The notes below the pieces were generated by a model. The model saw only the letters and a program-made list of their open reading frames with translations. It was not told where the DNA came from and did no database searches. Of a DNA stretch of 64,000 nt, positions 1 through 10,026 are shown piece after piece. The DNA is from Candidatus Hatepunaea meridiana (GTDB lineage Bacteria > Electryoneota > AABM5-125-24 > Hatepunaeales > Hatepunaeaceae): positions 220-64,219 of the forward strand of contig JAVCDD010000176.1 in NCBI GenBank assembly GCA_030765125.1, given 5' to 3'. Position 1 is the first letter of the stretch. Each line of letters starts with the position of its first letter. Both the position numbers and the translations under genes were made by a program.

Positions 1-132
1 CGCCTCCGGTTTATTCGGGTTAGGATAATATACCTATTTTGTCCTATGTACTTGGAAAACCTCTGGTTATTAATTAAATTAGTATACAGTCCTCAGATCT
101 CCAATGACAATACTAAAATATTGAGGTTCACG

Positions 133-2772
133 ATGAAAAGAACAAAATACAAAATTACTATCTGCATTTTGATTATCGCCCTTGCACTCCTTTCTCAACC
201 TGCATACGCTGAGATAATCAATGTCCCCGACGACTTCGAGAGCATCCAGGGAGCCATCGACGAGTCGGAGGACGGTGATACTGTGCTGGTTCAGCCAGGG
301 GAGTATGTTGAGAATATTAACTTCGAAGGCAAGGCAATCACTGTCGCCAGTTTGATACTCACCACAGGTAACGAAGCCTACATCGACTCGACTATCATCA
401 ACGGTGATGAAGAGAGTAGCGTGGTTCGATTCGATCATGAGGAGGATGAAAATTCCATACTCACCGGATTTACACTTACCAATGGAAGCGGATCACCTGA
501 TATTGATAATCAAATTTGTGGTGGAGGCATACACTGCCGCAGTTCCTCACCTATGTTGACACATTTGAAAATCTGTGGTAACTCAGCTATGTTCGGTGGA
601 GGAATATTCCTTCAGATTTCTTCACCGACTATTGAATATGCGGAAATATATGATAATACGGTGACACTGAGTGGTGGTGGAGTCTATTTCTCACGAGAAG
701 GTGCCGATCCGATTGTAAGAAGATCGGTGATCTATGGAAACTCAGCGAGAGATTATGGAGGTGGAATAGGGTGTTGGAATGGCGCTCAACCGGTTCTCAT
801 CAACATCACAGTCGTCTTCAATGAAGCTAACCGAGGGGGTGGTGGAATGGCTACAAATAGTCATACGACTGATAATTATGTGACACTCATTAATTCAATT
901 GTTAGAGGTAACGAACCTACGCAAATCCATATCCGATCTTTAAGCGGCGATAGAGATACTTTGGCAGTTTCCTTTTCAGATATTGAAGAAGGACGTGATG
1001 GAATTCTTCTTGGCGGACGATCGCGTCTTATCTGGGGAGAAGGCAACATAGATGAGAATCCTGAATTCATTAATACGGACGAAAATGATTATCACCTTAC
1101 GGCTGAGAGTCCGTGCATTAATGCAGGTAACCCGGATTCACCGGAGGATCCGAATGGATCGCGTGCGGAAATCGGCGCTTACTATTTTGAAGGAGGAGTG
1201 TTGCTGGGATATGTCTTCGATGCTGCTGACAGCGCTGCTATTGAAGGCGCTTCAGTATCTACTTCAATCGGATACTCCACAGAAACAGATGATCGTGGAT
1301 TCTGGCAAATGGCAATTCATATAGCTGAGTTCGATATTACGGCACATAGACAGGGATATCTTGATTCAACATTTAATGATCTGAATATTGAACCCTCTGA
1401 CACTTCAGAGATCAATTTCTTCCTTCTTCATCCCGAATTCACACCTTCAGAAGACAGCTTGATCTGTGAGTTAGAAGCGGGTGATTCGTCTCTTTCTGGC
1501 TTTTCTATCCACAATGCAGGTAACGGCATACTAACCTGGCAAGCAAGAAAGCGACTCGTGGGTGAATTGGCTGTCGATCCTTGGAAATTTCTTCAATCGT
1601 TTGATACGGGTGATGAGGTCGGAGATGACCGTCTTGAAGGTGTAGTTTTCATTGATGATAGATTTTATGTGTCCGGATCAAACATGACTAATCGTGCGGA
1701 CAGCGCTAATATGATTTATATACTTGATAGAGATGGAAATCTGTTAGACCGTTATGAACAATTAGGTGAGAGTAATTTTGGTATGCGTCACCTTACATGG
1801 GATGGAGAACTGATCTGGGGGTCGGTAGGTCAAACTGTCTATGGATTCACCATCGGTGGAGATAGAGTTTACTCTTTCGAGGGTCCCTACAATCGCAATG
1901 ATTGTTTAACCTGGGACTCAGATCATGAAGTGCTGTGGCTTACTCGAAGTAATAGTGAGATAATCAGAGCTTATGATCGGGAAGGAAATGAAAGAGAAGA
2001 CCTTGCTGTTGAACATCAACCTTTAAGTATTTCCGGAATTGTTTATTACCCTGAAGATACCGATGGTTATAATCTGTATATCCTTAAAAGGAACGATGAA
2101 AGAGCGCAGGTGATCTTGAAGATGAATCCCACAAACGGGGACACCATGTTTGTAGCATTACTGTATCCAGAAGGCGGTGACATTCCGGGTGGAGCATTTA
2201 TGACCAATCACTATGATATGAGATGCTGGGTTTATATGAATATCGCCAAAGATGGGAGTAATGACCGTATCGATATCTGGCAGGTTGAAGGCAATACCTC
2301 CTGGATGAGGCTGGAACCGAATATGGGCGAAATCGAAGTGGAGGCATCACAGGATATGAGTCTTTCAATCTTCACGGAAGGATTGACCATTGATTTTTGG
2401 GAAGCGGAACTTGTTTTTAATCATAACTCTGCAAGCGGTGAGACAATTCTGCCGGTTACCTTGACGATCAGACCAGATGCAGTCGACCCTTGTGAGGAAA
2501 TCATCCCCGTTGAATTCGGTATTACAGGGATCTATCCCAATCCATTCAATTCAACGACCAGGATAACCTTCAGTGTGTCACCTTCGTTACATGTGTCTCT
2601 GTCGCTCTACGATCTGACAGGACGCGAGCTTGTAACTCTGATTGATGAAGATTTACAAGCAGGTGTTTACAATACCGGTCTTAACGCAACGAACCTGCCG
2701 TCAGGATTGTACTTTGTGAGATTGGAGGCATCTGCGCAGGTGTTATCAAGGAAATTAATACTGATAAAATAG
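133..2772 (+). CDS. Secreted right-handed beta-helix repeat protein with C-terminal beta-propeller-like region and T9SS C-terminal sorting domain (paralog 1 of tandem array)
   Basis: Signal peptide MKRTKYKITICILIIALALLSQPAYA. Conserved N-module EIINVPDDFESIQGAIDESEDGDTVLVQPGEYVENINFEGKAITV. Repeated GGGI/GGGV beta-helix turns. WGSVGQTVYGFT...LTWDSD...LWL region is shared with 58735 and 61921 genes. C-terminus YPNPFNSTTRITFSV...LPSGLYFVRLEA...SRKLILIK resembles a Por/T9SS CTD. ORF track start at 46 probably extends too far; ATG at 133 precedes the signal peptide. Confidence 0.7.
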   Translation: MKRTKYKITICILIIALALLSQPAYAEIINVPDDFESIQGAIDESEDGDTVLVQPGEYVENINFEGKAITVASLILTTGNEAYIDSTIINGDEESSVVRFDHEEDENSILTGFTLTNGSGSPDIDNQICGGGIHCRSSSPMLTHLKICGNSAMFGGGIFLQISSPTIEYAEIYDNTVTLSGGGVYFSREGADPIVRRSVIYGNSARDYGGGIGCWNGAQPVLINITVVFNEANRGGGGMATNSHTTDNYVTLINSIVRGNEPTQIHIRSLSGDRDTLAVSFSDIEEGRDGILLGGRSRLIWGEGNIDENPEFINTDENDYHLTAESPCINAGNPDSPEDPNGSRAEIGAYYFEGGVLLGYVFDAADSAAIEGASVSTSIGYSTETDDRGFWQMAIHIAEFDITAHRQGYLDSTFNDLNIEPSDTSEINFFLLHPEFTPSEDSLICELEAGDSSLSGFSIHNAGNGILTWQARKRLVGELAVDPWKFLQSFDTGDEVGDDRLEGVVFIDDRFYVSGSNMTNRADSANMIYILDRDGNLLDRYEQLGESNFGMRHLTWDGELIWGSVGQTVYGFTIGGDRVYSFEGPYNRNDCLTWDSDHEVLWLTRSNSEIIRAYDREGNEREDLAVEHQPLSISGIVYYPEDTDGYNLYILKRNDERAQVILKMNPTNGDTMFVALLYPEGGDIPGGAFMTNHYDMRCWVYMNIAKDGSNDRIDIWQVEGNTSWMRLEPNMGEIEVEASQDMSLSIFTEGLTIDFWEAELVFNHNSASGETILPVTLTIRPDAVDPCEEIIPVEFGITGIYPNPFNSTTRITFSVSPSLHVSLSLYDLTGRELVTLIDEDLQAGVYNTGLNATNLPSGLYFVRLEASAQVLSRKLILIK

Positions 2773-2783
2773 TGAGGTTCACA

Positions 2784-4409
2784 ATGGGAAGAACAAAGTT
2801 CCGAATCATTATCGGCATTCTGACTCTCGCTTTCTCACTTCTTTTTCCGTTAGTATATGGCGAAATAATCAACGTCCCTGACGACTTTGAGACCATCCAG
2901 GATGCAATAGATGAATCAGAGAACAGAGATACCGTACTCGTTCGACCGGGTACGTATGTCGAGAATATCGATTTTAATGGAAAAAATATTACTGTCGGGA
3001 GTTTATTCCTGACGACTGGAAATGATGCGTATATCGATTCGACTGTGATAGATGGTTCAGATAATTTTAACAGCGTGGTTACATTTGCCGACGGAGAAAG
3101 CAATGAAACGCTGCTTATCGGGTTTACGATCCGGTACGGTTCCGGGAATGCGAGACAGAATTACGAAATAATACATGGCGGAGGTATATACTGCCATCAG
3201 TCCGACCCGGTAATTAGTTACTGCAAGGTAGTTGATAACACTATCAGTGATGCTCTGTTTTCCGGAAATGGAGGAGGGATATACTGCTTCCAATCCAGCG
3301 CTGTCATTGAAAATTGTACTATTGCGGGAAACTCTGCATGTGACGGCGGTGGAATTGCTATCCTTTTCTCTAATGTGACTGTTAGATCCTGCATCATACT
3401 TAACAATGAAGCACAAGACGAATATGGCGGCGGCATTTTCACCGCCTTCTCCGATTCTGTGATAATAACGGATTGCAACATTATTGGTAACTCTTCAGGT
3501 TGGTTTGGCGGTGGAGTCGCTGCCTTTAATACTCAGACATCAATCGTCGAATGCGAGATCAGGGACAATCAAGCGGAGAGTTACGGCGGCGGAATGTTTC
3601 TGGCAGATTCCGGAGAAATTACAAGCTGCATAATCACTGGAAATTCATCACTAAACGGCGGTGGGATTGCATTCGGTAGGGCGAGGTTTTTATTAAGCAG
3701 CAACACAATCGCCGGTAATACAGCAGATAGCTTGGGTGGAGGTTTATACATCTCAGCCGGTTCCTCCGTTGTACTTATAAACTCAATTTTATGGAACGAC
3801 CGTCCGCAGGAGGTGTTTTTTGCACCTGAATACGATCCCTGTGAAATTATTATTGCTTACACCGATGTTGCCGGTGGAATTGATGAAATCGAGACTAACG
3901 ACAATGGTGAGGTCATGTGGCTTGATAGTAATATTAATGCCGATCCAATGTTTATCCACCCGGAAAACAGCGATTACCGTCTTTCCTTCAGATCTCCTTG
4001 TATTGATTCGGGAACAGAGCTTTTCGTCTGGGAGGATGATACTCTTGTAACAATACTCGGCGATGATTTCCTCGGCGAAGCGCCCGATATGGGCAGAATC
4101 GAATTCGGATTAGATGCCATTGAAACCGAAAAGATAAACCAGCCTGAAAGCTTCATTATGCTCGAGTGTTATCCCAATCCGTTTAACTCTACAACTACAA
4201 TAACTTATTCATTGCCAACGATTTCAGATGTAACTTTGAAGGTCTATAACCTGCTTGGGCGGGAGGAATCAATCCTTAACGCAAGTCACCTTCCACCTGG
4301 AACGCACAATGCGATTTTCAGCGGTGAGAATCTGCCATCGGGGTTGTACTTCGTACAATTGGAGGCTTCCGGGCTGGTGTTATCAAGGAAATTAATACTG
4401 ATAAAATAG
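2784..4409 (+). CDS. Secreted beta-helix repeat protein with T9SS C-terminal domain (tandem paralog 2)
   Basis: Signal peptide MGRTKFRIIIGILTLAFSLLFPLVYG. Same N-module EIINVPDDFETIQDAIDESENRDTVLVRPGTYVENIDFNGKNITVGSLFLTTGNDAYIDSTVIDG. Many GGGIY/GGGIA/GGGLY turns. CTD YPNPFNSTTTITYSL...LPSGLYFVQLEASGLVLSRKLILIK. Junction with upstream gene identical to the 4377-4422 junction. Confidence 0.7.
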   Translation: MGRTKFRIIIGILTLAFSLLFPLVYGEIINVPDDFETIQDAIDESENRDTVLVRPGTYVENIDFNGKNITVGSLFLTTGNDAYIDSTVIDGSDNFNSVVTFADGESNETLLIGFTIRYGSGNARQNYEIIHGGGIYCHQSDPVISYCKVVDNTISDALFSGNGGGIYCFQSSAVIENCTIAGNSACDGGGIAILFSNVTVRSCIILNNEAQDEYGGGIFTAFSDSVIITDCNIIGNSSGWFGGGVAAFNTQTSIVECEIRDNQAESYGGGMFLADSGEITSCIITGNSSLNGGGIAFGRARFLLSSNTIAGNTADSLGGGLYISAGSSVVLINSILWNDRPQEVFFAPEYDPCEIIIAYTDVAGGIDEIETNDNGEVMWLDSNINADPMFIHPENSDYRLSFRSPCIDSGTELFVWEDDTLVTILGDDFLGEAPDMGRIEFGLDAIETEKINQPESFIMLECYPNPFNSTTTITYSLPTISDVTLKVYNLLGREESILNASHLPPGTHNAIFSGENLPSGLYFVQLEASGLVLSRKLILIK

Positions 4410-4420
4410 TGAGGTTCACA

Positions 4421-5854
4421 ATGGAAAGAACAAAGAACAGAATTACCATCAGCGTGCTGATTATCACCCTTGCACTTCTTTCTCTACCTGCATACGCTGA
4501 AATTATCAATGTTCCCGATGATTTTGAGACCATCCATGGTGCAATCTGGGAATCTGAAGATGGAGACACAGTGCTTGTTCAACCGGGGGAGTATGTTGAA
4601 AACATCGCCTATCATGGCAAGGATATCGTTGTCGGAAGCCTCATGCTGACCACCGGAAATGAGGTTTATATAGATTCAACAATTATTGACGGCAATCGAC
4701 GCGGCAGTGTTGTGGCGTTTCTTGGAAGAGTAACTGCAGATGCAAAGCTGATCGGATTCACGATTCGGAACGGCATCGGTACGAACTTAAATGGAAAATT
4801 CACGGGTGGGGGAATATTGATAATCCAATCTGATGTAGTGATAGAACATTGCAGGATACGCGATAATCATGTAGTTACAGATTTTGGTATTTCTTCATTC
4901 GGTGGTGGTATCGCATGCTATGGTTTAGCCAATCCGACAATCAGGAACTGTGAAATCTATACGAACAGCAGTGATGGATTTGGAGGCGGAATATCAATAG
5001 AACTCATATGCAATCCGACGATCGAGAGAGTTATCATCAGGGATAACTCTGCCGTCGGCGGCGGTGGTATCATTATTTTTAACGATTGCGACGTGACGAT
5101 CAGTCACAGTGTAATTTCTGACAATATTGCCGGAGACTTTGGTGGCGGAATTTTTATGGAACGCACCTCGCAAGTTGACCTCCTGAATGTAACCGTTGGC
5201 GGAAACTCCTGCGGTAGCGTCGGAGGTGGCGTATTATTAAATGCTAATGTGCAGTTTAATGCCGTGAACTCAATATTCTGGGATAATAACCGGGAGGAGT
5301 TAAGTCTCTGGAGCGGATGCTCTGTCTCGGTATCGTACTGCGACATTGAGGACGGCGAAGAGGGAATTGTCACCAATAACAGTGAAGTCGATTGGGGCGA
5401 AGGCAACATCGACGAAGCTCCGCTGTTCATCGATTCTGAGAATGGCAACTATCATCTGACCGGGGATTCACCATGCATCAACACCGGTGATCCGGATTCG
5501 GAGGACGATCCCGACGGCTCGAGAGCGGATATGGGTGCGTTCTACTTTGATCTTAATGAAATCAAGGTTAGCGATGATGATATTCTACCTTGTGTTATTT
5601 ATTTATCATCTCCTTACCCTAATCCATTCAACTCGACTACAACGATCGGGTACAGATTGCCATATCCGGGTAACGTATCTCTACAGGTGTATAACAAATT
5701 AGGACAGCAGGTAACTTCATTATATGAAGGATATAGGCAAGCGGGCTTTCATAATGTTGTCCTGAACGCCGCCTATTTGCCTTCAGGGTTGTATTTCGTG
5801 CGTCTGAATGCATCCGATCAGGTATTTACGCGGAAGGTGATGCTCATCAGATAA
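4421..5854 (+). CDS. Secreted beta-helix repeat protein with T9SS C-terminal domain (tandem paralog 3)
   Basis: Signal peptide MERTKNRITISVLIITLALLSLPAYA. N-module EIINVPDDFETIHGAIWESEDGDTVLVQPGEYVENIAYHGKDIVVGSLMLTTGNEVYIDSTIIDG. GGGI repeats. CTD YPNPFNSTTTIGYRLP...LPSGLYFVRLNASDQVFTRKVMLIR. Confidence 0.7.
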   Translation: MERTKNRITISVLIITLALLSLPAYAEIINVPDDFETIHGAIWESEDGDTVLVQPGEYVENIAYHGKDIVVGSLMLTTGNEVYIDSTIIDGNRRGSVVAFLGRVTADAKLIGFTIRNGIGTNLNGKFTGGGILIIQSDVVIEHCRIRDNHVVTDFGISSFGGGIACYGLANPTIRNCEIYTNSSDGFGGGISIELICNPTIERVIIRDNSAVGGGGIIIFNDCDVTISHSVISDNIAGDFGGGIFMERTSQVDLLNVTVGGNSCGSVGGGVLLNANVQFNAVNSIFWDNNREELSLWSGCSVSVSYCDIEDGEEGIVTNNSEVDWGEGNIDEAPLFIDSENGNYHLTGDSPCINTGDPDSEDDPDGSRADMGAFYFDLNEIKVSDDDILPCVIYLSSPYPNPFNSTTTIGYRLPYPGNVSLQVYNKLGQQVTSLYEGYRQAGFHNVVLNAAYLPSGLYFVRLNASDQVFTRKVMLIR

Positions 5855-5867
5855 AGGAGAAGGAACA

Positions 5868-6056
5868 ATGCCCTTTGTGTCGCAGGTGTCGTTGCGACTG
5901 TTTGACATTGCTGGACGTATGGTGGCGACGCTGTTTGAGGATCACCAACACCTCGGCACCACGACACCCGGACATATACAAAGACACATGAACCGCTTTT
6001 TATACTTTCATACTTTCGCACTTTCGCACTTTCACACTAATTACCACTTGCGTTAA
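5868..6056 (+). pseudogene. Orphan fragment resembling the beta-strand core of a T9SS C-terminal domain (VSLRLFDIAGRMVATLFED...), without upstream body
   Basis: 62 aa ORF directly after paralog 3 begins VSQVSLRLFDIAGRMVATLFEDHQH. This matches the CTD consensus V.L.IYDL.GR.VATL.DE but then diverges into repeat-derived sequence (tttcgcactttcgcactttcacact). Likely vestige of a further tandem copy. Confidence 0.3.
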
Positions 6057-6146
6057 GCCTGCCTGAGGATTATATTCTCTGTTGCGTCAGATGTTAATAT
6101 CTGACGCAATATTGTTTATCAATACGTTTATCTAAAGGAAAATATT

Positions 6147-6893
6147 ATGAACATTGCTGTTCTTGTCAAGCTTGTTCCTGATACGGAAGCAAGCTTGAAA
6201 ATAGGTGAAGATCATAAATCTATATCAACCGCTGATCTCAACTTCGTGCTGAATCCTTTCGACGAGTATGCCGTCGAAGAAGCGTTAGTGCAGAAGGCGA
6301 AGCACGGTGGGACGGTTACTATTATATCTTTGGGGGGTGATGAAGCTGTTAAAGCGCTTAGAACCAGCCTTGCGATGGGGGCAGATAGCGCCGTTCATCT
6401 GAAAATCACCGGTGGGCTCGATATGCTCGGCGTGGCGAAATCATTGGCTGCCTTTCTCAAGGATAAAAACTATGATTTGATATTCGCCGGTAAGCAGGCG
6501 ATGGATGACGATTGTGCTGCCACCGGTGCTATGGTAGCGACAATACTCGATATCCCCCACGTTTCCACGGTCACCAAGTTAGAAGTCGAAGGAAATAAAC
6601 TCACCGCTGAGCGTGAATTTGAGACCGGCGTCGAGGTTTTTGAAGCGCCGCTGCCGGCTCTGATTACCGCCCAGAAAGGACTTAATGAGCCGCGCTATGC
6701 CTCTTTGAAAGGTATAATGATGGCGAAGAGAAAGAAAATCGAGACGATTGAAGTAGAACCCATTACAGCGAAAACCGAAGTTATCCAATTGACTTACCCA
6801 CCGATCAGACCACCCGGAAAGATCGTAGGCAAGGGTGCTGAAGCCGTCCCGGAACTCGTTAGGCTGCTGAAAGAAGAAGCAAAGGTATTGTAA
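6147..6893 (+). CDS. etfB: Electron transfer flavoprotein beta subunit
   Basis: MNIAVLVKLVPDTEASLKI...NPFDEYAVEEAL is typical EtfB/FixA family sequence. 248 aa. RBS aaaggaaa upstream. Followed by etfA. Confidence 0.85.
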   Translation: MNIAVLVKLVPDTEASLKIGEDHKSISTADLNFVLNPFDEYAVEEALVQKAKHGGTVTIISLGGDEAVKALRTSLAMGADSAVHLKITGGLDMLGVAKSLAAFLKDKNYDLIFAGKQAMDDDCAATGAMVATILDIPHVSTVTKLEVEGNKLTAEREFETGVEVFEAPLPALITAQKGLNEPRYASLKGIMMAKRKKIETIEVEPITAKTEVIQLTYPPIRPPGKIVGKGAEAVPELVRLLKEEAKVL

Positions 6894-6900
6894 AAAAAGT

Positions 6901-6945
6901 GTCGTGGTGTCGTAGTGTTGGAGTACCGACACCACGACACTTAAA
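6901..6945. repeat. Perfect 14-bp-stem hairpin (gtgtcgtggtgtcg...cgacaccacgacac) flanked by A-run and T-run between etfB and etfA; member of the 'cgacaccacgacac' repeat family; possible intercistronic attenuator
   Basis: Inverted repeat read directly from sequence. The same word family recurs at 15757-15775, 15965-16035, 17285-17330, 18538-18568 and 42275-42315, and in-frame at 28105-28145. Confidence 0.5.
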
Positions 6946-6958
6946 AAAAGGATTATAA

Positions 6959-7921
6959 ATGGACATTTTAGTATACGTTGAAACACGTGACAATCAAATT
7001 AAACCAGCGGGGCTGGAAGCTATCAGCGGTGCCAGGAAGTTAGCCGACGTCGGTGGGGGAAAATTGACGGCGTTGCTGATTGGAACCTCGCTAAGTGAGT
7101 TGACAGGCGAGGTGGAAAAGTATGGTGTAGACCGTATTCTTCTCGCTGAATATCCCGAATTTGCAGGATATACGCCAGAAGGTTATCGTGAAGCCATCAT
7201 TGCTGCGGTCGAGGAAACAGACGCAAAAGTAGTTGTAATGACTGCCACCTCACTTGGTCGGGACCTGGCGCCTGTTGCAGCGGCTAAACTCGATGCATCG
7301 CTGCTGCCGGATTGCACGTCTATTGAATACATCGAAGGCAAGATCTCCGTAACTCGACCGGTTTACGCCGGCAAGTGCATAATAACACTTACCGCAAATT
7401 CATCACCTTTAGTACTCAGCCTTCGCCCAAAAGCTTTCCTTGTTTCCGAACGGAATGGCAAAGAAGCCGAAGTCAGCAAACTGGATGTTTCGCTCGAAGG
7501 CAAGATCCGCGCTCGGTTAGTTGAAACCCGCTCTGAAGCCGGTGGTAAGTTGGATGTAACCGAAGCCGATATTATCGTTGCCGGTGGCAGGGGAATGAAG
7601 GCGAAAGAGAATTTCAAACTGATCGAGGACCTGGCGGATGAACTCGGAGGCGCCGTAGGCGCATCCCGTGCGGTTGTTGACAACGACTGGCGTCCGCATT
7701 CCGAGCAGGTGGGACAAACCGGAAAGGTTGTCGCCCCGACATTGTATATAGCTGCCGGAATCTCAGGCGCTATCCAGCATCTGGCAGGTATGAGGTCTTC
7801 CAAGGTTATCGTTGCCATAAACAAAGATGCAGATGCTACTGTCTTCAAGTCGGCGGATTATGGTATTGTCGGTGATGCAATGGAAGTGTTGCCTGCTTTG
7901 CTTGAAGCGGTTAAAGAATAA
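6959..7921 (+). CDS. etfA: Electron transfer flavoprotein alpha subunit
   Basis: 320 aa. C-terminal FAD-binding region VAGGRGMK...GASRAVVD..W...EQVGQTGKVVAPTLYIAAGISGAIQHLAGM matches EtfA/FixB. Confidence 0.85.
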   Translation: MDILVYVETRDNQIKPAGLEAISGARKLADVGGGKLTALLIGTSLSELTGEVEKYGVDRILLAEYPEFAGYTPEGYREAIIAAVEETDAKVVVMTATSLGRDLAPVAAAKLDASLLPDCTSIEYIEGKISVTRPVYAGKCIITLTANSSPLVLSLRPKAFLVSERNGKEAEVSKLDVSLEGKIRARLVETRSEAGGKLDVTEADIIVAGGRGMKAKENFKLIEDLADELGGAVGASRAVVDNDWRPHSEQVGQTGKVVAPTLYIAAGISGAIQHLAGMRSSKVIVAINKDADATVFKSADYGIVGDAMEVLPALLEAVKE

Positions 7922-7991
7922 CGTATCTGGCTTTGGGCTTTAGGGATTGCGTTCCCGTACAGTCTGCAAAGCCAAAAACTAAAAGCCTACT

Positions 7992-8813
7992 ATGCCCAAT
8001 AATTCGCTTCATATATGGAGCGCGGTTGTACTGATTTTACTTCTCATATTTACACCATTTACATCCCAAGCCCTTACTGGTGAATCGTTACAAACGAATC
8101 AGACTGAGTTGCGTCAGGAGTTATCACCTGACACAACTATAACTAAAACAGTTGAGATCGTTAAACGTGTGACTGAATTATATGAAGCAGGGAATATTAC
8201 CGAAGCTGAGAATTTTGGTATGAAAGCCCTTGAGGATCCGGAGGGTTTATCCCGCCTGGATCGCTCTAATCTGTACAAAGTACTCGCTTTCTGCGCCATT
8301 GCGAATGAGGACGATGAAGGTAGTATTCGCCGTTTTGTTGAAGCGTTAAATCTGAACCCCTTAATAACACCCAATCAGATAACCTGGTCTCCCAAGATTC
8401 GACGCGTTTTCGCGCTTGCAAGGGACGTATATGAAACCCAGCAAAGGAAGGATAAGCTCTCAAGACGAATGCAGATTGCGGATATCTGCCGTATCTCTTC
8501 ACGTAAGTCATTATATTTTCCTGGCTCAGGGCAGTATTATAAAGAACATAAAGTAAAAGGATTGATCATCGGCGCTATTTTCTGGGCAGCAGCAGGAACA
8601 CATACCTATTCTCAAATCTCCATCCCATCTACTCGCAACCACTATTTAAAATCAAACAACCGAGTGGAAGCGATAGACCGTTGGAAGGACTATCAGGATG
8701 TCTATCAAGTAGCTTACGTCTCAGGCGCTATCGCTATATCAGCTTATGCATACGCCTTTTTTGACGCTCTTTGGGCAGACCCTGCCGAGGAGAAGTTAAA
8801 ACAGAAACAATAG
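7992..8813 (+). CDS. Hypothetical secreted/membrane-anchored protein (N-terminal signal peptide, C-terminal hydrophobic segment)
   Basis: N-terminal hydrophobic stretch WSAVVLILLLIFTPFTSQA. C-terminal GLIIGAIFWAAAG and VAYVSGAIAISAYAYAFF. No recognisable catalytic motifs. Confidence 0.45.
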   Translation: MPNNSLHIWSAVVLILLLIFTPFTSQALTGESLQTNQTELRQELSPDTTITKTVEIVKRVTELYEAGNITEAENFGMKALEDPEGLSRLDRSNLYKVLAFCAIANEDDEGSIRRFVEALNLNPLITPNQITWSPKIRRVFALARDVYETQQRKDKLSRRMQIADICRISSRKSLYFPGSGQYYKEHKVKGLIIGAIFWAAAGTHTYSQISIPSTRNHYLKSNNRVEAIDRWKDYQDVYQVAYVSGAIAISAYAYAFFDALWADPAEEKLKQKQ

Positions 8814-8824
8814 GAGATAAAAAA

Positions 8825-8910
8825 GTTCAGAGTGCGCGCTTCAGTGCGTATAGTCTTTATAATGAGGGATAAAGCTAACACGCGCTGAAGCGCGCACACT
8901 GAACTTTTTT
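8825..8910. terminator. REP-A palindromic element (gttcagagtgcgcgcttcagtgcgt ... acgcgctgaagcgcgcacactgaac) followed by T6; probable bidirectional rho-independent terminator
   Basis: Long imperfect hairpin flanked by AAAAA (5') and TTTTTT (3'), directly after the stop of the 7992-8813 gene. Same repeat family at 13179, 19186 and 30585. Confidence 0.55.
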
Positions 8911-8953
8911 AAAGGGAATTTACACTTTTTTACACAAGTTATATAGGAAATCC

Positions 8954-8982
8954 TTGACTTACAAATAATAGAATAATAGATT
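8954..8982 (+). promoter_or_regulatory. Candidate sigma70-like promoter (TTGACT-17-TAGATT) upstream of the nuoE-like operon
   Basis: Sequence inspection only. Host promoter consensus is unknown. Confidence 0.25.
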
Positions 8983-9112
8983 CTAACGTCGAATTTGATT
9001 AGGGATTTTGTTTTATGAAATCCCTGTTTTGAATATACAATTAAGTATTTGATTAACAAGAGAAACGCCACGTTTTGCGAGGAAATCACTACCCAAAAGG
9101 AAGACAAAATAA

Positions 9113-9961
9113 ATGAATCCAACCGATATACAAGATATAGTAGAAAAATCAAAACAAACCCGCGGCGGTCTTATCGGAATGCTTCAGGATATACAAGCGC
9201 GCTACAGCTATCTTCCTGAAGAAGCATTATCTTATATTTCCGAGCATACAAACCGCTCACTGGTTGACATCTACGGTGTCGCAACGTTTTATAAATCCTT
9301 CAGCCTGACGCCACGCGGTAAACATCTCTGTTCCGTATGCCTGGGAACCGCATGTCATGTGCGTGGAGCGCCTATGATCGCTGAAGAATTTGAGCGGCAA
9401 CTGGGCATCAAAGCAGGTCAGACTACAAAGGATAAAGAATTTACCTTAGAGACCGTAAATTGTCTGGGAGCATGTGCGCTTGGACCGATTGTCGTCGTTG
9501 ATGGTCAGTATTTCTCCAACGTTAAAACTTCTAAAGTCAAGCAAATATTAAGCGAGACACGCGAAGGACTTGACAAGGTCGAAGTAAAAACAGACGAGAG
9601 AATATTTCCGGTTACGGTCAGTTGTGCGAGATGCAACCATAGTTTAATGGATACCGGATACCTGATAGATGATAATCCATCCATAAGAGTTACTGTATCA
9701 TTCGAGCGTAAGCACGGTTGGCTCAGGTTATCCAGCCTTTACGGCAGCTATAGTGTTGAAGCCGAATATGAAATACCACTAAACGAAGTATTGGATTTCT
9801 TCTGCCCTCATTGTCACTCAGAACTAAGTGGAGCTTCCGAGTGCGCTGAATGCGGCGCGCCTATGGTGCCGATGATTGTGCGTGGTGGGGGGATTGTGCA
9901 GATATGTTCACGCCGTGGATGTAAAGGACACTTACTTAACCTTGGCGGCGCAAACATTTAA
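9113..9961 (+). CDS. NuoE/HoxE/HydC-like thioredoxin-fold [2Fe-2S] protein with extra C-terminal Cys-pair (zinc-ribbon-like) domain
   Basis: CSVCLGTACHVRGAP...ETVNCLGACALGPIVVVDGQYF matches the NADH dehydrogenase 24 kDa subunit family. C-terminal CARCNH...CPHCH...CAECG...CSRRGC pairs form an extra domain. Confidence 0.75.
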   Translation: MNPTDIQDIVEKSKQTRGGLIGMLQDIQARYSYLPEEALSYISEHTNRSLVDIYGVATFYKSFSLTPRGKHLCSVCLGTACHVRGAPMIAEEFERQLGIKAGQTTKDKEFTLETVNCLGACALGPIVVVDGQYFSNVKTSKVKQILSETREGLDKVEVKTDERIFPVTVSCARCNHSLMDTGYLIDDNPSIRVTVSFERKHGWLRLSSLYGSYSVEAEYEIPLNEVLDFFCPHCHSELSGASECAECGAPMVPMIVRGGGIVQICSRRGCKGHLLNLGGANI

Positions 9962-10026
9962 CAAGTACAAAACCTACAAAAATCACCAATAAATACCAAC
10001 CTAAAAAATTATCCTGGAAAACTTTA

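Noticed and set aside
79-5448. Numerous 60-140 aa antisense or off-frame ORFs inside the large beta-helix genes (e.g. 79-438, 2681-3103, 3057-3416, 5104-5448)
   Set aside because: Fully embedded in long, motif-rich CDS on the other strand or frame. Composition is typical of shadow ORFs.
8841-9152. 103 aa minus-strand ORF in the AT-rich gap before the nuoE-like gene
   Set aside because: Spans REP-A and promoter-like AT-rich DNA. Low-complexity translation, no RBS context; likely spurious.
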